Assembly (NCBI GenBank): GCA_051047955.1
Contig: JBPGPT010000001.1
Coordinates: 1,116,001 to 1,180,000, forward strand
Direction of reading: 5' to 3'
DNA length: 64,000 nt
From: Cystobasidiomycetes sp. EMM_F5
Lineage: Eukaryota
Of the stretch, positions 59,101 through 64,000 are shown piece after piece. Every line of letters starts with the position of its first letter. Position 1 is the first letter of the stretch. The translations under genes and the position numbers were made by a program. The notes below the pieces were generated by a model. That model searched no databases. It was given only the letters and a program-made list of their open reading frames with translations, and was not told the origin of the DNA.

Positions 59101-59593
59101 CAATTGATGGTTTCTAAAGTCTGCCCACCTTTGAAGACATTGTTGACGTTTCCAGCGTCGTCTGACGTTGTGGGCTGATCTGTCGCATGTTGCCATTTAC
59201 CATCGACGACAAACTAACCCACCACCATACACAACATGACAAACGGCCAGCGGGAATGGGAATGACGAGCATCAGACGTGCCGATTAATTGAAAAAAAAG
59301 GTTGCATCCCACTACCCACCTTGTACTTTATCTCGTGCTCCTGGCCTGCTGCGTACGGCACCTCGATAGGCTGCCTCCATACCCCGTCCTCGCCCTTTGC
59401 GAGCTGCACAGTCCCCTTCCAGTCGTCAAAATCGCCGGTGCATACGACAGACGCTGCGTCGATGCCGGACCTTTTATAGTGGAGTGAAAATGAGGAATGG
59501 CAGGAGCGGTGCACGGTCAGCATGCGATATATATCCACCCTCTAGACGGGCATCAACCCACCACTCTATCGTGTGACGGTAGGTCGCAGCCAT
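56117..59593 (-). CDS. SET-MYND (Set5/SMYD-like) lysine methyltransferase with an N-terminal CBM48 (AMPK-beta-type glycogen-binding) domain
   Basis: Exons 1-3 read MAATYRHTIEW|SGIDAASVVCTGDFDDWKG..EIKYK|FVVDGKW..DDAGNVNNVFK and splice in phase into ORF 57779-59059. Then KGKGV, CGYC..CHVRFCNKLC, LNHACEANA, KDIAPGEEITISYV and post-SET FDCDCAAC. Confidence 0.85.
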
Positions 59594-60217
59594 TACGAAG
59601 GTGTGTATTATTTTGTGCAAGTTTGCAAGCAGCGCTGTGCGAGCAGGATATCGATGTAGGCTGTGTGCGTGTTTGAAAGACTCGTCGACGAGGTCTGCTG
59701 AAGTTACGAGCGAGTTTTGAATTTTCTGAATGATGACTGGGTAAGCAGGTCACTCTATGCTATAGACCGAGGACTACCAAAGTAGTTGCAGCAGTCACAG
59801 GTCTCGGCAATAATAATGATCTCGTCATCATTTGCGTAGTATAAGTACAGCACACTCTGCAATAACATTGTATCTATTGCTAGACGTTGAAGCAGAATAC
59901 GTTAGACAAAAAAGTAGGTGGAGTTGGAGTCCAAGTACCTGGCTGAATGGATAAATGTGGGTCTACGTCCTGCACTGGGAACCACTCTTAACCTTCTGCT
60001 GCTCCAATCCAAGTCGCAAATCATCCAGGACCAACTTGCACTTCCGCGTCTTGTTGGCCATACAATTTGTTTTTCCCTTCCACCACTCCAAGTCAACGCG
60101 ACATCCAGCAACAACATCGAGCTTCACACCCATCAGAGGCTGCACACTGTCCACCCCGTCGCCCATCGTATACTCACCCACCCGCAATCGCACTACCTGA
60201 TTAAAAATACCCAGAGA

Positions 60218-63200
60218 ATGGCCGCCTCGACGAGCAACGTCGTGTCGCTGCTGCAGAACGGGCTGGCTCAGGATGCAGCTACGCGTACAGCTGCTGGGAG
60301 TGCCCTCGAAGCACTGCAGGCCTCCGACTACCCCTCGTATCTCCAGGCCATGGCCAGCATCCTCGCAGGCGACGACCATCCCTCGACGGCGAGAAACGGT
60401 GCTGGGCTGGCAATAAAGAATGCCCTCTATGCAAAGGAGCAGGCTACCCAGGACGTGAATGCGAGGAGGTGGAGGGAGGCTATTGACGACACCGTCCGAA
60501 ACGCAGTAAAGGAAGCCTCACTCGCGACCCTCTCGTCAAACGATAGGGCAGCGAGAAACGTAGCTGGACAGGCAGTCGCTGCCGTCGCGAGACTCGAGCT
60601 CGCACAGTCTACTCAGCCATGGCCCCAGCTCATCCCGTCCCTCTTGTCCGCCGTGACTCTGCCCACCTCCACTCCTCAACTGCGTCAAGCTGCACTACAA
60701 GCGCTGGGATTTGTGTGCGAATCAGTGGTGAGTCGGTAGCCTTTCGCTCCAAGTATCGAAATTTCACCAACTCCCTCTTTTCATTTCGCAGCGGCCTCAG
60801 GTCCTAGCGCCCCAGTCCAACGAAATTTTGACGGCAGTAGTCCAAGGAGCGCGAAAAGAGGAGCCTTCGACAGATGTACAGCAAGCAGCCTTGCAAGCAC
60901 TTTTGAATTCCCTCGACTTTATCCGGGACAATTTTACACGAGAGGTCAGTATCTTACACTTTGGGCTTTATGGATGTTTTCTTGTGCTGAGATGTCGCTA
61001 CTGCTCGCTCGTCGACAGGGCGAGAGAAATTACATCATGCAAGTTGTGTGCGAGGCGACGCAGTCGACTGTGCCGGAGATCCAAGTCACAGCGTACGAAT
61101 GCCTAGTCAAGATTATGCAGCTGCACTACGACAAGATGCGAGTGTACATGGAGCGTGCGCTGTTCGGGGTGAGGATTCAGGTCACTCAGCCTTGATCTCG
61201 TACTGATGCTGCCTCGTTCTTCCAGCTCACGACCCTTGGCATGAAATCCGAAGACGAGAATGTAGCGTTGCAAGCTGTAGAGTTTTGGTCTACCGTCTGC
61301 GAGGAAGAGATGGATATTGCTCTCGAGCACGACGAGCTAGACTATGACGGCGGAGCGAATGGCGATGCTGGATCTGGACAGAGGCAATCGTTCAACTTTG
61401 CCAAACTAGCTCTTCCAGAGATCTTACCAGTCATTCTTCAACTCCTCACAAAACAAGACGAGGACGCGTCAGTGGACGACTGGAATGTATCTATGGCCGC
61501 TGGAACGTGCCTCACTCTTCTCGCACAGACGGTAGCAGACGCAATCGTCGTGCCCATTATACCGTTTGTCGAACAAAATATCCGAAATTCAGATTGGCAC
61601 TTTCGGGAAGCGGCAGTCATGGCTTTTGGCTCAATTCTCGATGGACCAGATGCAAAACTCCTGTCACCACTCGTCGCTCAGGCGTTACCTACCCTCATCG
61701 AGATGATGTCGTCGGAACCCGATGTGCACGTAAAGGATACAACTGCGTGGTGCTTAGGCCGCATCTCGGATGTCCTAGTGGAGACTATCAAGATTGATAT
61801 ACACCTTCCCGGGCTGGTGCAAGCCCTAGTCGCCGGAATGGCGGATTCGCCTCGTATCGTCGGAAACTGCTGCTGGGGAATCATGAACCTAGTCGAACAG
61901 ATTGGTGGCGCAGAAGGAGATACTAATCCCATGAGCCCCTTCTACGAGGGTCTGGTGCAAAGTCTTTTGACTGCGGCAGAACGGTATGTCTAAGGTTGTT
62001 CGATGAGTCAACAAGGATCTATTCTGACGTGAAGTATTCCGCAGCGACTCGAACGACGCGAACCTGAATGTACGAGCACCAGCATACGAAGCTCTATCCA
62101 CTCTCGCCACTCACTCTGCAAACGATACCTTACCAGCCGTCTCGAAGCTGTTGCTAACCATACTCGACCGGTCTGAACAGCTTCTGGGCATGCAAAACCA
62201 GATTGTGTCGTCGGATGACCGCAACAAGTACAATGAGCTACAAATCAGCTTTTGTGGCGTGCTGAATGCCATTGTCCGACGTCTCGGCAAGCAAATTCGA
62301 CCGTTAAGCGATAGAATCATGAACCTTCTCCTACTTCTCATTCAATCGTCTGCTCGTTCTTCTCCTATCCTCGAAGATGCTTTCCCGTGCGTTGGTACTA
62401 TGGCAAGTACCCTCGAAGCCGATTTTGCGCCATATGTCCCTCCTTTCCTCCCCTTCCTTGCGAATGCTCTTGCAGCTCACGAAGAGTATACTCTGGTAGG
62501 CACCGGCGTAGGTCTCGTTGGCGATATTTGCAGAGCTCTCGGCGAGGCTGCCCAGCCTTACGTCGAGGCCTTTTTGAGCGCGCTAGTTATGGATCTGCAG
62601 TCCTCTGTCCTGCATCGATCGGTCAAACCACCCATCTTTGCGTGTTTCGGAGATATCGCTTTGGCCGTGGGTGCCAATGGCTTTGAGCCGTACGTCGAGG
62701 CGACAATGTCCGTCCTCGCTCAGGCAGGCGGTATGCGAGCAGATCCTACAAACTACGATATCATCGAGTATGTCAATGTACTGCGAGAGGGCCTCATGGA
62801 AGCGTATACTGGCATCGTCGGTGCCTTCAAGCAGACGCCAAAATGTAAGTAATCCACGTCGGATGCCGTGGTACATGGGCTAATCGCGCTCATCGCATCG
62901 CATAGCCCCACTCCTCATTCCCTACATGCCAACCATATTCGCCTTTTTGCATATCGCTCTGACGGATCCTGAACGTTCAGAAACGATTGTCAAGTCTGGC
63001 GTCGGTCTCATTGGCGATTTGGCATCTGAGTACCAAAAAGGCGAAATTCGCGAACCGTTGATATCAGAATGGGTTCAGGAGAGCATAAAATCTGCAAGGA
63101 CCCGCAGCGGAAGTCAGGAGATCAAGGCGCTTGCCAAATGGGCAAAGGAGGTATGTCATGATGTGAAGAACACGGTATGTACAATCTGATGCTGTTCTCG

Positions 63201-63235
63201 TAATTTCACAGATGGTGCGGATAGCAACCAGATAG
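60218..63235 (+). CDS. KAP95: Importin beta-1 (karyopherin beta, Kap95)
   Basis: [93 protein letters not shown] and [11 protein letters not shown]. Confidence 0.95.
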
Positions 63236-64000
63236 CCGGACCGCGTGCCTTTATGCCATTCTTCCCATACACCAACACTTGTAATTCTCTTGCACTCTCA
63301 TCATGGGACTCTCTAATCACGCAGCCTTCGTCAATTTCCGCAACATCTTACACCTATAGACAACGTCGGTATGGACAGGCAATAGACTCTTCGACAAAAC
63401 ACCCTCTCCTGACGGGACCGGGCGACACTCGAAGAACGCGTCCTCACATCTCAGGACTCTACATAGCGATTGCACTGCTTGTACATCGCATAACCAGTCC
63501 AATTGGCTATTCCTCAATAGAGAGCCCATCAGCATCCCTCCACTGTAGCAAGGCTTTCACGCAACATCGTGTGTATCACCAGACAGTAAAACGACAAGCA
63601 GCCGACTAACGGTCCATTCTGCCAAACATTTACGAAAATATCCTTCTTGTCGTGGACTGTATCCAGCAAGAATACGCCCCGCGAAAAGCTCAACAGCCGG
63701 TTCATTAAAGAGACCGCAGCCGAGTGTACGCCTCAGATGAGTTTGACGCCAGCATCGCGTACTACTCCCCTTCATTTTCACATCTTTCGCTTTCGCTTTC
63801 TCCCTGCAAGGTGCCTTGCAGGCTTCCCCTTCGTCCGGTCCGCTAGTCTCTACTACCGAGCCTCCGTGCAGCCAATACATTTGGCTACTATCACGCTAGC
63901 GGCGAAAAAGGCATGCATCGTGGGCGGACGAACAGGACACTGACTGAGGTCATCTGGACAAGGTGCCTCCTTCTTGTTCAGCCGACGCACCTCGGGTGTG

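Noticed and set aside
1..64000. Prokaryote-type features (CRISPR arrays, operons, IS elements), tRNA/rRNA genes and transposons
   Set aside because: The window is spliceosomal-intron-rich fungal DNA. By eye I saw no repeat-spacer arrays, transposase/RT motifs, LTR/TIR pairs or tRNA/rRNA signatures.
63253..64000. Short ORFs at the right end of the window
   Set aside because: They have no recognisable motifs and are probably the KAP95 3' UTR plus the promoter or leader of a gene outside the window.

Overview
Gene-dense, intron-rich fungal genomic DNA with short GT-AG introns and CTRAY branch points. It is most likely from a basidiomycete, since it carries an eIF5-mimic (BZW/5MP) gene and an Rra1-like 7TM gene. 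I could manually splice about 28 protein-coding genes. I saw no rRNA, tRNA, CRISPR array or transposon. Gene boundaries are hand-spliced estimates, and family calls come from motif recognition, not database searches. The main candidate for an undescribed system is a compact four-gene cluster at 39496-50949, built as two divergent pairs: DUF1445/D-glutamate-cyclase-like enzyme <> Zn2Cys6 regulator, and Dal5/Tna1-type MFS carrier <> ATP-dependent 5-oxoprolinase. Both shared promoters carry TCGG-N9-CCG motifs. It looks like a regulated pyroglutamate (5-oxoproline)/D-glutamate utilisation module and parallels the bacterial pxpABC-ycsG-ycsI arrangement. Other notable items are a CBM48 domain spliced in frame to a Set5/SMYD lysine methyltransferase, a 418-nt AG-free intron stretch in NHP6, a 5-nt microexon supplying a conserved His of a D-lactate dehydrogenase, a structured intron and poor start context in the 5MP gene, and a tandem Grg1 pair with an intron offset by 2 nt.
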